Shown here: piece by piece, positions 1 to 14,464 of the stretch
Layout of the letters: every line of letters begins with the position of its first letter
Position numbering within the stretch: position 1 is the first letter of the stretch
DNA from: Candidatus Methanoperedenaceae archaeon
Lineage (GTDB): Archaea > Halobacteriota > Methanosarcinia > Methanosarcinales > Methanoperedenaceae
DNA: 64,000 nt
Assembly (NCBI GenBank): GCA_963753595.1
Contig: CAVWCX010000019.1
Coordinates: 29,492-93,491, forward strand
Direction: 5' to 3'
The notes under the pieces: generated by a model
The model's database searches: none
Seen by the model: only the letters and a program-made list of their open reading frames with translations
What the model was told of the DNA's origin: nothing
Position numbers and translations under genes: made by a program

Positions 1-547
1 CCCCTTTGATAGTACCTGGTACATAAATCGTATACTTATCCTTTTTGGCAATGCCATCGCCTTTGCTTCCTACGGCATCAATTCTGACATCATAGGATTC
101 GCCTTCAACAAGCGCTTCTTCTTTGGCTATTAATGTAGCACGCCGTTTCGTTATCGGCCTATGTGCGCCGCAGGCATCACAACGTAATGTAAGGACCCTT
201 TCTGTTTTCAGGAGGTGGGTATCGGGACGTCCGCATTCTGAGCAGGTTACATATTCCTTTACATATGCATTGATGAGTTCTGAAATCATGCCTGAAGTTA
301 TTCTTCTCTGGAATATAGCTCTTGAACCATCGATCTTGCCGGCTGTTCCAAGTTCCCGCAACAGGAATTTGAATATATGCGAAGACTCACGGTTCAATTT
401 ATCCACTATCACAGCAAAATTTTCAAGTACTGTTGTCTTTCCTTCGGTTAAAAGTTTAGGCTCTGGGATAACAAAACGTTCTCCTGAGCTTTTTACTTCA
501 GGCAAATGCTGTAATGCCCTGTCCAGATTTGACAAATAATCATTCAT
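1..547 (-). CDS. eif2b: Translation initiation factor aIF-2 beta subunit with C-terminal TRAM domain (runs off window edge)
   Basis: Manual translation (not in ORF track): MNDYLSNLDRALQHLP...ERFVIPEPK, Zn ribbon CSECGRPDT...CDACGA, TRAM-like YDVRIDAVGSKGDGIAK. Confidence 0.9.
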   Translation of the reverse strand, partial: MNDYLSNLDRALQHLPEVKSSGERFVIPEPKLLTEGKTTVLENFAVIVDKLNRESSHIFKFLLRELGTAGKIDGSRAIFQRRITSGMISELINAYVKEYVTCSECGRPDTHLLKTERVLTLRCDACGAHRPITKRRATLIAKEEALVEGESYDVRIDAVGSKGDGIAKKDKYTIYVPGTIKG

Positions 548-552
548 TGGGA

Positions 553-1074
553 TCAAGTAAGGACCAGTTCCTGGCCTTTTTCCACTACCAGCCTTATCGG
601 AGTCGGTAATTTATATCCAGCTGAGATCAATGATTTCTTTGCAAGTTTGAAATTGGCGGGAGTAACAAATACGCTCATGATCTCCTGGCCCCTTCTTACT
701 CTTGCCGCTGTTCCGATAGCTTTTCCGAATGCCAGCCGCATTCCCTGCGATACACGGTCTGCACCTGCTCCTGTGGCCTGTTTATTCTCTCGGAGTACCT
801 CATGCGGGTATACCCTGATCTTTAAATGATAATTAGGCTGTCCTAAACTATCAAGCAATAGCCTGTTCGCTGCAATACGAGCTGATTCGAGAGCATTGTG
901 CCTGATCTGGCATTCTTCTTTTGTCACAAGTGTCAGCTGGATCGGAAAATCCTCTGTTAAATTGCCCATGTCATAAGTCACTAATTTGCTACCCGGAACA
1001 CCGCCCATGTATTCTCGTCTCGTATATGAGCGCTGGGTTATTTTCTTGTACATTCTTCCTGGTTTTCTTGCCAT
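553..1074 (-). CDS. rpl10e: 50S ribosomal protein L10e (uL16)
   Basis: MARKPGRMY start; [24 protein letters not shown] signature. Confidence 0.97.
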   Translation of the reverse strand: MARKPGRMYKKITQRSYTRREYMGGVPGSKLVTYDMGNLTEDFPIQLTLVTKEECQIRHNALESARIAANRLLLDSLGQPNYHLKIRVYPHEVLRENKQATGAGADRVSQGMRLAFGKAIGTAARVRRGQEIMSVFVTPANFKLAKKSLISAGYKLPTPIRLVVEKGQELVLT

Positions 1075-1208
1075 TGAATAATCCTCCAATAATTATAATG
1101 TGCGTATTAAAATATATCACACGATTTCAGTTCCAGATGACTTTTTAGTTAATAAGCTTTATTGAAATAACAAAATTTGAATAGTAACATTCATTATTAA
1201 TGAATACT

Positions 1209-1234
1209 AATATAACTCAACGAATATAACTCAA
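1209..1234. repeat. 12-bp direct repeat AATATAACTCAA x2 in divergent promoter region
   Basis: Copies at 1209-1220 and 1223-1234. Confidence 0.6.
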
Positions 1235-1334
1235 GAAATGATAGAAGGTAAATTAATATATTTATATTAATTGTCATTATCAATAAATATAAATATATCA
1301 AACGAAAATAAAGATTAGGGAGAGTTTACAATTT

Positions 1335-2210
1335 ATGGAACTTACACCAATACAAAAAGAGATATTAACAGCATTAATAAATTTATATAGGACAAAAAAA
1401 CATGCAATAAAAGGGGAAGATATAGCAGAAGTCATCCAACGAAATCCGGGTACGGTCAGGAATCAAATGCAGTCATTGAAAGCACTTGGATTAGTTGAGG
1501 GTGTGCCCGGGCCCAAAGGAGGGTATAAGGCTACAGGGAACACGTATCGGGCGCTCAGCTTATCAGAAATGGATAAAGAGACGAATGTTCCTTTAAGACG
1601 GAATGATGAATTAGTAGAGAATGCTACTGCAGCTGAAATAAGTTTCACGACCGTAAGGCATCCCGACCTGTGCAATGCCACAGTACATGTTATAGGAGAT
1701 ATTAGAAAATTCGAAGTTGGAGATAATCTTGTAATAGGGCCGACACCAGTAAATAAATTAGTGATACGAGGATCTGTGATCGGCAGGGATGATACCCAGA
1801 ATACGGTATTATTTGTCATACAGGAAATGATATCTCTCCCCAAAAAACCCGTTAAGCACTATATAATTGAAAATCCCATCACAATTCCACCCGCAGCAAC
1901 GATCCAGGAAGCCTCACGGATACTTGTTAAGAACAATATTCATGGCGCTCCGGTGAAAGACAAGGACGGGATCGTTGGTATAGTTACCCTGACAGATATC
2001 GGGAAAACGCTTGCAGATGGAAAAACAAGCCTGAAAATAAAAGACATTATGACAAAGGATATAATCTCCGTTGACGGTGATCTGCCCCTGTATGAGGTTG
2101 TTAAAGTATTTAACAAAGAAAAGGTAGGGCGGCTGATGGTTAAAGTCAATGGGGAGCTTATAGGGCTTATCTCAAAAACAGACATACTAAGCAAACTTGC
2201 ATTGTATTAG
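1335..2210 (+). CDS. HTH transcriptional regulator with C-terminal CBS pair
   Basis: N-terminal wHTH (IAEVIQRNPGTVRNQMQSLKALGLVEGVPGPKGGY) and two CBS domains. Confidence 0.85.
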   Translation: MELTPIQKEILTALINLYRTKKHAIKGEDIAEVIQRNPGTVRNQMQSLKALGLVEGVPGPKGGYKATGNTYRALSLSEMDKETNVPLRRNDELVENATAAEISFTTVRHPDLCNATVHVIGDIRKFEVGDNLVIGPTPVNKLVIRGSVIGRDDTQNTVLFVIQEMISLPKKPVKHYIIENPITIPPAATIQEASRILVKNNIHGAPVKDKDGIVGIVTLTDIGKTLADGKTSLKIKDIMTKDIISVDGDLPLYEVVKVFNKEKVGRLMVKVNGELIGLISKTDILSKLALY

Positions 2211-2219
2211 AGGAAACAG

Positions 2220-2258
2220 CATCATTTACGGGTGGAAATGCAAAAAGTAAATGATGGT
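2220..2258. terminator. Hairpin between convergent genes
   Basis: CATCATTTAC ... GTAAATGATG inverted repeat. Confidence 0.45.
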
Positions 2259-2260
2259 GT

Positions 2261-3076
2261 TCATTGATGGACATGTGACATCCCATTTTCATCATCTTTT
2301 TTAAGCCTTTTTGTGATCTCAATGAGAGGATGTTTGGCATAATCAAGTATTTTTATGTCAGACAGCGTATGAAGACCTGATGACATAGCGGTTTTTTCCA
2401 TACCAAGATGAATATCATCACTTACCGGGATGACATAAGCATCCATGCTATTTATCCCGAGTTTTTTAGCTGCAATTACCCTGTGATGACCATCTACAAG
2501 AATCAATTTATTCGTCTTTTTTATTACAACTATTGGCTCTGCCAGCCCTTTTTTTAATTCGTATATCCTTCCGTCAAGTTCATCTGCATATACTTTGGGC
2601 TGTGTGGGGACAAGTTCATCGATATTTACCGATTCACGGATAACATCGACATGGATATTGTGGATGGCCTCAAGGGTCTTCTTGAGTGTCCAGACCTTTT
2701 GAGGGCTTGTCCTTTCAATATGCGAACGAATAACATCTGAATTTGTAATAATGCCACGAAGATGCCCGCTTGTATCAACAACAGGTAATTTTGATTTACC
2801 AGACCTGAATATGACACGCGCCACGTCCCCCATATCCATTTCCGTATCTGCAACAAGAACATCCCGGCTCATTATACCGGAGATCTTTTCACCAAGCGCT
2901 TTTTCAAGGAGGCCAGACGCTGATACATATCCTGTTACCTTTCCATTTTCGACCACAGGAAATCCGTCATGCCCTGTTCTCCTTATAAGTTCGATAACTT
3001 CCTTGACCGTATTTTCAGGGGATACCGTATCTACTTCCGTTGTCATGTAGTTTTTAACTTTGGGGTGGTCTGTCAT
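2261..3076 (-). CDS. CBS pair plus ParB/Srx-like domain protein
   Basis: Two CBS domains, then LVPTQPKV...PIVV...LVDGHHRV. Confidence 0.85.
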   Translation of the reverse strand: MTDHPKVKNYMTTEVDTVSPENTVKEVIELIRRTGHDGFPVVENGKVTGYVSASGLLEKALGEKISGIMSRDVLVADTEMDMGDVARVIFRSGKSKLPVVDTSGHLRGIITNSDVIRSHIERTSPQKVWTLKKTLEAIHNIHVDVIRESVNIDELVPTQPKVYADELDGRIYELKKGLAEPIVVIKKTNKLILVDGHHRVIAAKKLGINSMDAYVIPVSDDIHLGMEKTAMSSGLHTLSDIKILDYAKHPLIEITKRLKKDDENGMSHVHQ

Positions 3077-3111
3077 GGATTTATTAGTTAAATGGCTTCT
3101 TCCTTTTTATA

Positions 3112-3141
3112 AATTTACATACTAATAATTTACATACTAAT
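3112..3141. repeat. Perfect 15-bp tandem duplication AATTTACATACTAAT in divergent promoter region
   Basis: Copies at 3112-3126 and 3127-3141. Confidence 0.75.
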
Positions 3142-3173
3142 CTTTATTACCCATTGAAATCAACCTTTACGGG

Positions 3174-3689
3174 GTGAATTATATGAATGAACAAGACCGG
3201 GAGATTCTAAATATACTCAAAGAAGCGATTTCTATTGAAATCTATGGCAGGGAATATTATTCGATATTCAGTGAGCTGGTCGAAGATGAGAATGCAAAAT
3301 CATTATTCAGGGGATTGTCAAGGGATGAGGGGGAACACAGGCAACTTCTTGAAAAACAATTCATGAAGGTCGCAGGCAAGTCTTTTGATATCAGTACGGT
3401 TGATGACATAAACAAAGAAAAAGCAAAGCGCATATTCCCGGAATCCCTTGAACCCCTGGGCATACAAGAAACAAAAGATATACTCAAGCTTGGTATCAGG
3501 ACTGAAGAAAGGTCAATTGAACTATATTCAAAAAGTGTAGAAAAAACCGATGATAAATCCAGCAAAGACCTTTTCTCAAGACTTGTACTTTTTGAAACTG
3601 AGCATAAGAAAACACTCAAGGATGCATTGTATTACCTTGAACAGGACGGGTCATGGTATGGATATTCCCCTCCCACAATTGAGGGTTAA
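3174..3689 (+). CDS. Ferritin-like / rubrerythrin-family protein
   Basis: Duplicated E...ExxH di-iron motifs (DEGEH, FETEH). Confidence 0.85.
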   Translation: MNYMNEQDREILNILKEAISIEIYGREYYSIFSELVEDENAKSLFRGLSRDEGEHRQLLEKQFMKVAGKSFDISTVDDINKEKAKRIFPESLEPLGIQETKDILKLGIRTEERSIELYSKSVEKTDDKSSKDLFSRLVLFETEHKKTLKDALYYLEQDGSWYGYSPPTIEG

Positions 3690-4523
3690 ATGGAAAAGTT
3701 ACTCTTTGGTACTGCCGGCACTCCAAAAAGCTCGAATGGAACTGATAGTCTGTCAGGTATAAAGCGTGTTCATGAGCTTGGTCTTGGCTGTATGGAACTT
3801 GAGTTCGTCCATGGAGTAAAGATGGGCGAAGAGACTGCCCGGAAGGTAAGCGTCCTGGCAAAGAACCTAGATATAATATTAAGCGTCCATGCCCCTTATT
3901 ACATAAATCTAAATGGTGAAGGTGAAACCCGGATAAAAAGCAGGGAACGAATACTGAATTCTGCGCGGATCGGACACATATGTGGTGCAAAAAACGTGGT
4001 TATTCATGCAGGTTTTATACAGAAAGATTCGCGCCATGACGCATATGAAAAAATTAAAAATGAACTTATCCAGATCAGGGAACAAATGGATAATGAAAGT
4101 ATAAACATTACACTTCGTATTGAAACAATGGGACGGATTTCACAATTCGGTAGCCTTGATGAAGTTCTTGCGATCACAGAAGTTGCAGGCGTATTTCCCT
4201 GTATTGATTTTTCACATCTCCATGCCGTGAATGGAAAAAATAATTCGAAGGAAGAATTTGCAGGTATCCTCACTTCCATTGAGAATAAACTTGGGCGGGA
4301 TGGCCTGAACAACATGCATATACATGTTTCAGGGATAGAATATACTTCAAAAGGTGAGAAAAACCATCTTGAATTCGAAGCGTCTGATTTTAGATATAAA
4401 GAATTAGCTCAGGCTTTTTTTGAATTCAATATTAAAGGAATGGTAATATGCGAAAGTCCCAATCTGGAAATAGATGCCTTGAAATTGAAAAAAGAATTTG
4501 AAGATTTAACCTGTTGTAAATAG
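3690..4523 (+). CDS. nfo: Endonuclease IV-like (AP endonuclease 2) TIM barrel
   Basis: SVHAPYYINLN, IETMGRISQFGS, PCIDFSHLHA, HIHVSGI motifs. Confidence 0.85.
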   Translation: MEKLLFGTAGTPKSSNGTDSLSGIKRVHELGLGCMELEFVHGVKMGEETARKVSVLAKNLDIILSVHAPYYINLNGEGETRIKSRERILNSARIGHICGAKNVVIHAGFIQKDSRHDAYEKIKNELIQIREQMDNESINITLRIETMGRISQFGSLDEVLAITEVAGVFPCIDFSHLHAVNGKNNSKEEFAGILTSIENKLGRDGLNNMHIHVSGIEYTSKGEKNHLEFEASDFRYKELAQAFFEFNIKGMVICESPNLEIDALKLKKEFEDLTCCK

Positions 4524-4655
4524 GTCATGCATCGAATAAGGATTCAAAGGAACCCCTGTTATTTCTTCAATCGGTTTTTCTTTACAGCCACGTAATGTCA
4601 GGACTCTCTGGCATACGGGGCGAGTACAGTCCGGACAACGTTTTATTTTTTTCAT
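4506..4655 (-). CDS. 49-aa Cys-rich small protein
   Basis: Manual translation MKKIKRCPDCTRPVCQRVLTLRGCKEKPIEEITGVPLNPYSMHDLFTTG; starts 6 nt after the stop of 4662..4853. Confidence 0.45.
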   Translation of the reverse strand: MKKIKRCPDCTRPVCQRVLTLRGCKEKPIEEITGVPLNPYSMHDLFTTG

Positions 4656-4661
4656 AAAAAA

Positions 4662-4853
4662 TTATAATTTTATAATTCCTGCGTTGCCGCTGCCTTTTAG
4701 TATTGCCTCATATTCGTCAATGAACAGGTCGCGCATATTTTCGAGGAGGAACATATTCCTTGTGCATAACATTACTTTATTTGATGCAAGCCGCTCAGGT
4801 GCGCAACTTTCCATCCACAAAATTACTTCGTTTGATTCGCTCATTCTCTTCAT
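4662..4853 (-). CDS. Small hypothetical protein
   Basis: 63-aa ORF with AGGAG immediately before the ATG. Confidence 0.5.
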   Translation of the reverse strand: MKRMSESNEVILWMESCAPERLASNKVMLCTRNMFLLENMRDLFIDEYEAILKGSGNAGIIKL

Positions 4854-4928
4854 CTCCTTGCATGATAATGATGTTTATTATCATAATAATCATTTCAATT
4901 ATTAGTATAAATATTTTGTGGTTAAATG

Positions 4929-8786
<3,858 letters not shown>

Positions 8787-8936
8787 TTAAATGCCGGTAA
8801 AAATTTGAGTTCAATCACGAATCATTAACGAATATTAGTTATTATACGGCAATGGCCATAAAATCGGCGCAGGTGACAAGGTTCAAAGCACCCAATAAAA
8901 TAATAAGCGTACACCGCTATTCTGTATATTACAAAT

Positions 8937-9767
8937 ATGGTTCATCTTGGTAAAATTGCCTTTGCTAATTGTGATTTTCCCTATTATGCAATGGAACATG
9001 GAAAGATAAGAACAGATGATATTGATATTATTGAAGCGCATCCGGTTGAACTTGCACGAAGGTTGCAGGCAGGTGAACTTGATATAAGCCCCATATCATC
9101 GATCATGTATGCAAAACAGGATGACCTTCTCATATTACCTGGACTTTCCATTACTTCAAACGACTTTACAAAGAGTGTCCTGATCTGCTCAAATGGAGAA
9201 ATCGAAATGTCTGGTTTTGAAGGAAAAACACTATGCATCCCCGAAACTACTGCCAGTTCGGCAACTCTTGTTAAAATTATTTTGTGGTTAAAAGGGGTGA
9301 ATGTCAATATCAGGCAATGCAATGGAACGGATATCGAAAAGATGCTAAAACAGGGTGATGCTGCCCTTTTGATCGGGGATAGCGCCATTCATGCTATTGG
9401 AAAATACCATATAATCGCTGACCTTGGAAATGAATGGAAAAAGCTTACAGGGAAGAAAATGGTCTATGCGCTGTGGGCTGTGAGGGGGGATTTCGCACGA
9501 AAATATCCCGGTAAAGTAAAATATGTCCACGACATACTCCTTAAATCCAAGGATTTTGCATATGAAAACATTAACGAGATCGCTGGTAATATAGGACGGC
9601 AGAAAAACATTGATTGTAATTTCATGAAGGAATACCTTCACACTTTGAATTATGATTTTGATGAAGAAACTGTGGAAAGCCTCACGCTCTTTTTTGAATA
9701 TGCCAGGGAATGCGGAATCATTGGAGAAGCGAAGCTTCGATTTTTCGATAATTTGATTAAGGATTAA
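8937..9767 (+). CDS. mqnA: Chorismate dehydratase MqnA (futalosine menaquinone pathway)
   Basis: LGKIAFANC, GELDISPISS, AALLIGDSA, DLGNEWKKLTG...VYALWAVR. Confidence 0.85.
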   Translation: MVHLGKIAFANCDFPYYAMEHGKIRTDDIDIIEAHPVELARRLQAGELDISPISSIMYAKQDDLLILPGLSITSNDFTKSVLICSNGEIEMSGFEGKTLCIPETTASSATLVKIILWLKGVNVNIRQCNGTDIEKMLKQGDAALLIGDSAIHAIGKYHIIADLGNEWKKLTGKKMVYALWAVRGDFARKYPGKVKYVHDILLKSKDFAYENINEIAGNIGRQKNIDCNFMKEYLHTLNYDFDEETVESLTLFFEYARECGIIGEAKLRFFDNLIKD

Positions 9768-9849
9768 ACCAGAGGTAAAATCAATGGATAAACGAGAGAT
9801 TGTCAAAAAGTTTGGTTTGGGGGGTTATCATGAAATATTTGAAAATAAG

Positions 9850-10001
9850 AAACCGCAGATTCCGAGTCGCGCCTCGGAAGGACGCAGACACGTATGCCTG
9901 CGTGGCATACGTGGATTCCCGCTCCCGAAGGGTAATCGGGACGCCGATAAACGCGGATTTGTGATAGCGTATCTGCGTTCATTTGCGTTTATCTGCGGTT
10001 T
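9850..10001. repeat. REP/MITE-like palindrome with nested hairpins
   Basis: AAACCGCAGAT ... ATCTGCGGTTT ends; internal perfect stem CACGTATGCC/GGCATACGTG at 9889-9913. Confidence 0.75.
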
Positions 10002-10050
10002 TATTGATTCCAACAAACACCAACAGATTTTACATCCAGCTCGACGATTT

Positions 10051-10434
10051 ATGCTTATATTCGTGATATTAGTGATCTTTGCTATATCGGGTTGTATTGA
10101 TGAAAATCCCGTTACCAACGCGAACCAGACAATAATAACAACACCAACAGCCACTCCAACCCCGGCGTTTGGAGTTACTGAGCCAAAGACTGTTTACGTT
10201 AAGATCAAAGGCAGCCAGTTCGATCCTCCTGAATTAAAAATTGTGAACGGAACGAGTGTAAAATGGACAAATGGTGATAGTGCTACTTATATTTTGAATG
10301 TGGATGGAGTGCAATCCCCCCTTATTAACTACAGGGATTCATGGTATCATACGTTCAATAAAACCGGGGTCTTTGAATATAATTGTTCCAATCATCCGGC
10401 GATGCCTCATGGAAAAATAATAGTTGAAAAATAA
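10051..10434 (+). CDS. Cupredoxin (plastocyanin/azurin-like) lipoprotein
   Basis: Lipobox ISGC, Thr/Pro linker, FDPPELKI...YNCSNHPAM; the ORF track extends the start to 9784 through the repeat. Confidence 0.8.
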   Translation: MLIFVILVIFAISGCIDENPVTNANQTIITTPTATPTPAFGVTEPKTVYVKIKGSQFDPPELKIVNGTSVKWTNGDSATYILNVDGVQSPLINYRDSWYHTFNKTGVFEYNCSNHPAMPHGKIIVEK

Positions 10435-10444
10435 AAAATATTAA

Positions 10445-11266
10445 TTGACTTACATTATGCCAGAAAGCAACAGGACATTCAAAATAATTATTTTTATCCT
10501 TTCAATATTATTGATAGGATCATCTGCATTTTTATTTGTAAGTCTTGAAGAAATAAAACAAAAAGATGCATCCATCACAGCTTTGTCTGTTGAAATAACA
10601 TCGCAAAAACAACAAATTTCAGAACTTGGATCTAACATATCAAACCTGGAAGGAAATCTATCCAGGACAAAATTGCTCCTGAAAAATGAAACGCAAACAC
10701 GAGAGAAGCTTGAAGAGGAGATCATAAATCTTACGACGGTGACCAAAAGTGACTACGGAGTACTTGGTGTCGATGAAAATAATATCGGCCATGTGATACC
10801 TCTTGAAGTGATCCTTAAAGAGGGAACGAGCAACTTATTTCTCAATGTTGCAAATGTTCTTGTAGATGAATCAATGCAATCTTCTGCGCAGACCGCAATA
10901 CAGGTAGCCCGGCAAGTGACACGGACAAGCCTTACTGATAAGGATGTCCTGATCAATATCAAAGCGCCCGCACAGGAGGGAAGGTTGATTATTTCAGGCG
11001 GCAGCGCCGGCGGGGCTATCACAATTGCAGCTATTGCCGCAATGAAGGGAATACAGCCGCGAAAGGATGTTCTGATGACAGGAACGATCAATGAAGACCA
11101 TTCCATAGGCAAGATCGGCGCCCTGAGGGAAAAAGGCATGGCTGCGCGTGAGTATGGCGCAAAGCTGTTCCTTGTGCCGCCGGGCCAGAAGAGTGAAGTG
11201 GGAGAGATCGGAATTGAGGTGATGGAAGTCAGGACTATTGAAGAGGCTGTGAAATATGCGATATGA
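10445..11266 (+). CDS. Membrane-anchored Lon-like S16 protease domain protein (no ATPase domain)
   Basis: TM helix, coiled coil, SGGSAG catalytic Ser motif, MTGTI...IGALREK. Confidence 0.85.
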   Translation: MTYIMPESNRTFKIIIFILSILLIGSSAFLFVSLEEIKQKDASITALSVEITSQKQQISELGSNISNLEGNLSRTKLLLKNETQTREKLEEEIINLTTVTKSDYGVLGVDENNIGHVIPLEVILKEGTSNLFLNVANVLVDESMQSSAQTAIQVARQVTRTSLTDKDVLINIKAPAQEGRLIISGGSAGGAITIAAIAAMKGIQPRKDVLMTGTINEDHSIGKIGALREKGMAAREYGAKLFLVPPGQKSEVGEIGIEVMEVRTIEEAVKYAI

Positions 11267-11397
11267 TCGAGGGTTTTGATTTGGATTAGTAAAACGGGGC
11301 TGTCAAAAAGTTTGGGGTGAAGACGTCATCGGGTTTTGAAAATTAAAAACAGAAATGTTAGATATTTAGATTAATTCAATGAATCAAGTAAAACAGT

Positions 11398-11880
<483 letters not shown>

Positions 11881-11903
11881 ATTATATATTTTATTTTTGA
11901 ACA

Positions 11904-12838
11904 TTATTCGACTTTGAACACTTTTTCCCATTCTATACTAACTCTTGGAGTATGCTTAATTTCATTTAACGCTAAGCCAATTAAATCGCCCCAATTAGTT
12001 ATTCCTTCATCTATACCGCCTACTTGGGCAGGTGTCATACCTTCTAAGTAGTCATGCTCTTTAAAGAAATTATAGTGTGTCATATATCCATCCATAACGA
12101 TTCTTGCGCTATTCTTTTCTTTTAAATCCCTCATTACTTTTGTTCTCTGTTTAACTGTACTATGAAATCTCTCAATGAGATTAGTGTTAATTGGTGATTC
12201 AAAGCCTTCTGATTCTTAAGATGAACTACTCTATTCTCTTTGAGATTAGAGTAAAAAACACTATTGAAAGCTTTATTATACTGTCCTAACTTATCAGTGA
12301 TTATTACCTTTGGTCTTGTCTTGGATCGCAATTTTGCCATAGTAAATAGTTTCTCTGCATCTTTCTCAGTTCTCGTACTGGATAAATGAGAGGCTATCAG
12401 GAATCTTGTTTCACTGTCAATAATATCCCAAAACCAATAGTGTTTACCCCATAGGTCAATAACAGTCTCATCTGCTACACAGACATCTGATAATTCAGGT
12501 CTTAGGGTTAGAACATAGTTATTTACTATCTTTGAAAATGCAACTACCCAACGCCATAAGGTCATTTTAGATAATTTTATATTGTTTAGAGTCATTGAAT
12601 GTTTGATTGATGTTTTTATAACTCATTCCATTATAGTAAAACGTTAGCGTTTCAATGATAAGCTCTTTCGGATACTTCATTTTAGGATAACAATCATTAC
12701 CTGCAAACTTACTATTGCAGAATTTACAAAGATAATATTGAGTATCTTTATAAAATCCGTTTTACTGACATTATTTGAACCGCAAACCCGACAGGTTATA
12801 GGTCGTTCAATTGTAGTTGTTTCTTGATGTAGTGCCAT
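11904..12838 (-). pseudogene. IS6-family DDE transposase with N-terminal Zn ribbon, frameshifted
   Basis: CRVCGS...CKFC N-terminus; VADET...WDIIDSETRFLIA...PKVIITDK core; split across frames. Confidence 0.8.
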
Positions 12839-13107
12839 AGCTTCACTCTGTTAACCAAATACTATTTTCTAAATCTCTAATTGTTTTTTTTATTTTAATT
12901 TCATGCTCTTTTTTAATTTCTTCAAATAATTCATTCATATTTCTTAAAGTTAACACTTTCAACAACTATATTAAAAAATTCCATAATTGTTTTTTGAATT
13001 TCATCTATTTCTTTCTCGTTATCACTTGCAATTAGTGTATCCACTAAAATCAATTTCCATCTACTCATTCCATCTTTATAATTTGGTTTCTGTAAACAGA
13101 GAGGGTA

Positions 13108-13491
13108 TTATAGTTTACCATAGTGTTTTTCATTATAGAATCTAACACGTTGACTAATATTAGAAAGGAATTTAGTTTGATATCTCAATGGTTCTGGTGG
13201 TTCCATTATGTCCCATTTAGTTGATATTTTATTTCCAACGAATGTTACTATTTTTAAATTTAATTCAGTTATAAGAGCTTCTGCTTGGCTATTATATAGT
13301 TTAATTTTCTCATTTAAAGCTTTATTATTTTTAATATCATCAGAAAGAATTAGATATTTTTCATCAATACAGAAATTACATTTATCGGTATCATCTGTAT
13401 AATTAATATCTGCAATTGAAGGTAACAAACGTATGCGGGCAAGCTTATTTGAGCAGGTATAACTAATCATACGATGCAATAAGCAAAGCAA
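13108..13491 (-). CDS. Hypothetical protein (AT-rich, possibly a fragment)
   Basis: 127-aa ORF, no recognised motif, uncertain start. Confidence 0.35.
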   Translation of the reverse strand: MLCLLHRMISYTCSNKLARIRLLPSIADINYTDDTDKCNFCIDEKYLILSDDIKNNKALNEKIKLYNSQAEALITELNLKIVTFVGNKISTKWDIMEPPEPLRYQTKFLSNISQRVRFYNEKHYGKL

Positions 13492-14464
13492 GAATAAAAC
13501 TACCTATTATTAACGATACCCATAGTTTGATACAATAGGGTATTTGAGGAATTAAATCAAACATAAACACCATCGCAGAAAGAATACCTACTAAACATTC
13601 GCTCAATTTTAGATTTATGAGAATACCTTAAAATATTCTTAAATCATAAGGATTATAATAAGATGTGAAGTAAACGATAACAATAAAAGATTATATAATA
13701 ATATTAAAATAATAATTTTAAGGGAAAAAGGAGTTAAGAATATAGATGAATGTGAAGATGGAAATGATTATAAATAGAAGATAAAAAAGAATTATGTTTA
13801 TGAGACTAAAATAAGAAAGGATAAAGAAAAAGAGTATTATGGAAATAAGGTTTTTGTTTATTTTTTAAAGTTACTAGAAATAAAATAAAAGATGTATGTA
13901 GAATTTGGAATGAGTTTAAAGAGTGAAAAAGAAGATTTAGATAGAGATATGGAAATGATAAAGAAGATTGATATATAAATAGATAGAATTAGGTTTGATA
14001 AATATTATAGTTTTTATTCTTATGTAGATAAATTTGGAGAAGAGAAAGTATATGTCATTATAAGAAAAAATGATACAGTAAGAGGTTCGTGGAAATGGAA
14101 GATTAAGATGGAAGATTTTGTAAATAATAAGTTCTCATATATTGGACAGTATTTTAGTAGAAACAATTCTGAATCAGGATTTTCAGCAGATAAAAGAATG
14201 TTTGAATGGACGATGAGACAAAAAAGGGATGATAGGATTGATAAAGATTTGAATTGCACAAGGGTATGACATAATCTCATGAAACTGTACATAAATTAAT
14301 TCTGTCTCACAGCACAGTAGAACAATAAATATAAATAAAACTTCTTATAGTTTTATAATTGGGGAGTGCTATGGCAATATGTAATTGGGAAATTAATCTT
14401 GACCGAAAAAAAAAATTGGAAATATCCGGGTGGATTTCCAATTATGCAGAAGTGGTGAACAGAA

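Noticed and set aside
123-539. 138-aa plus-strand ORF
   Set aside because: Shadow of aIF-2beta on the minus strand.
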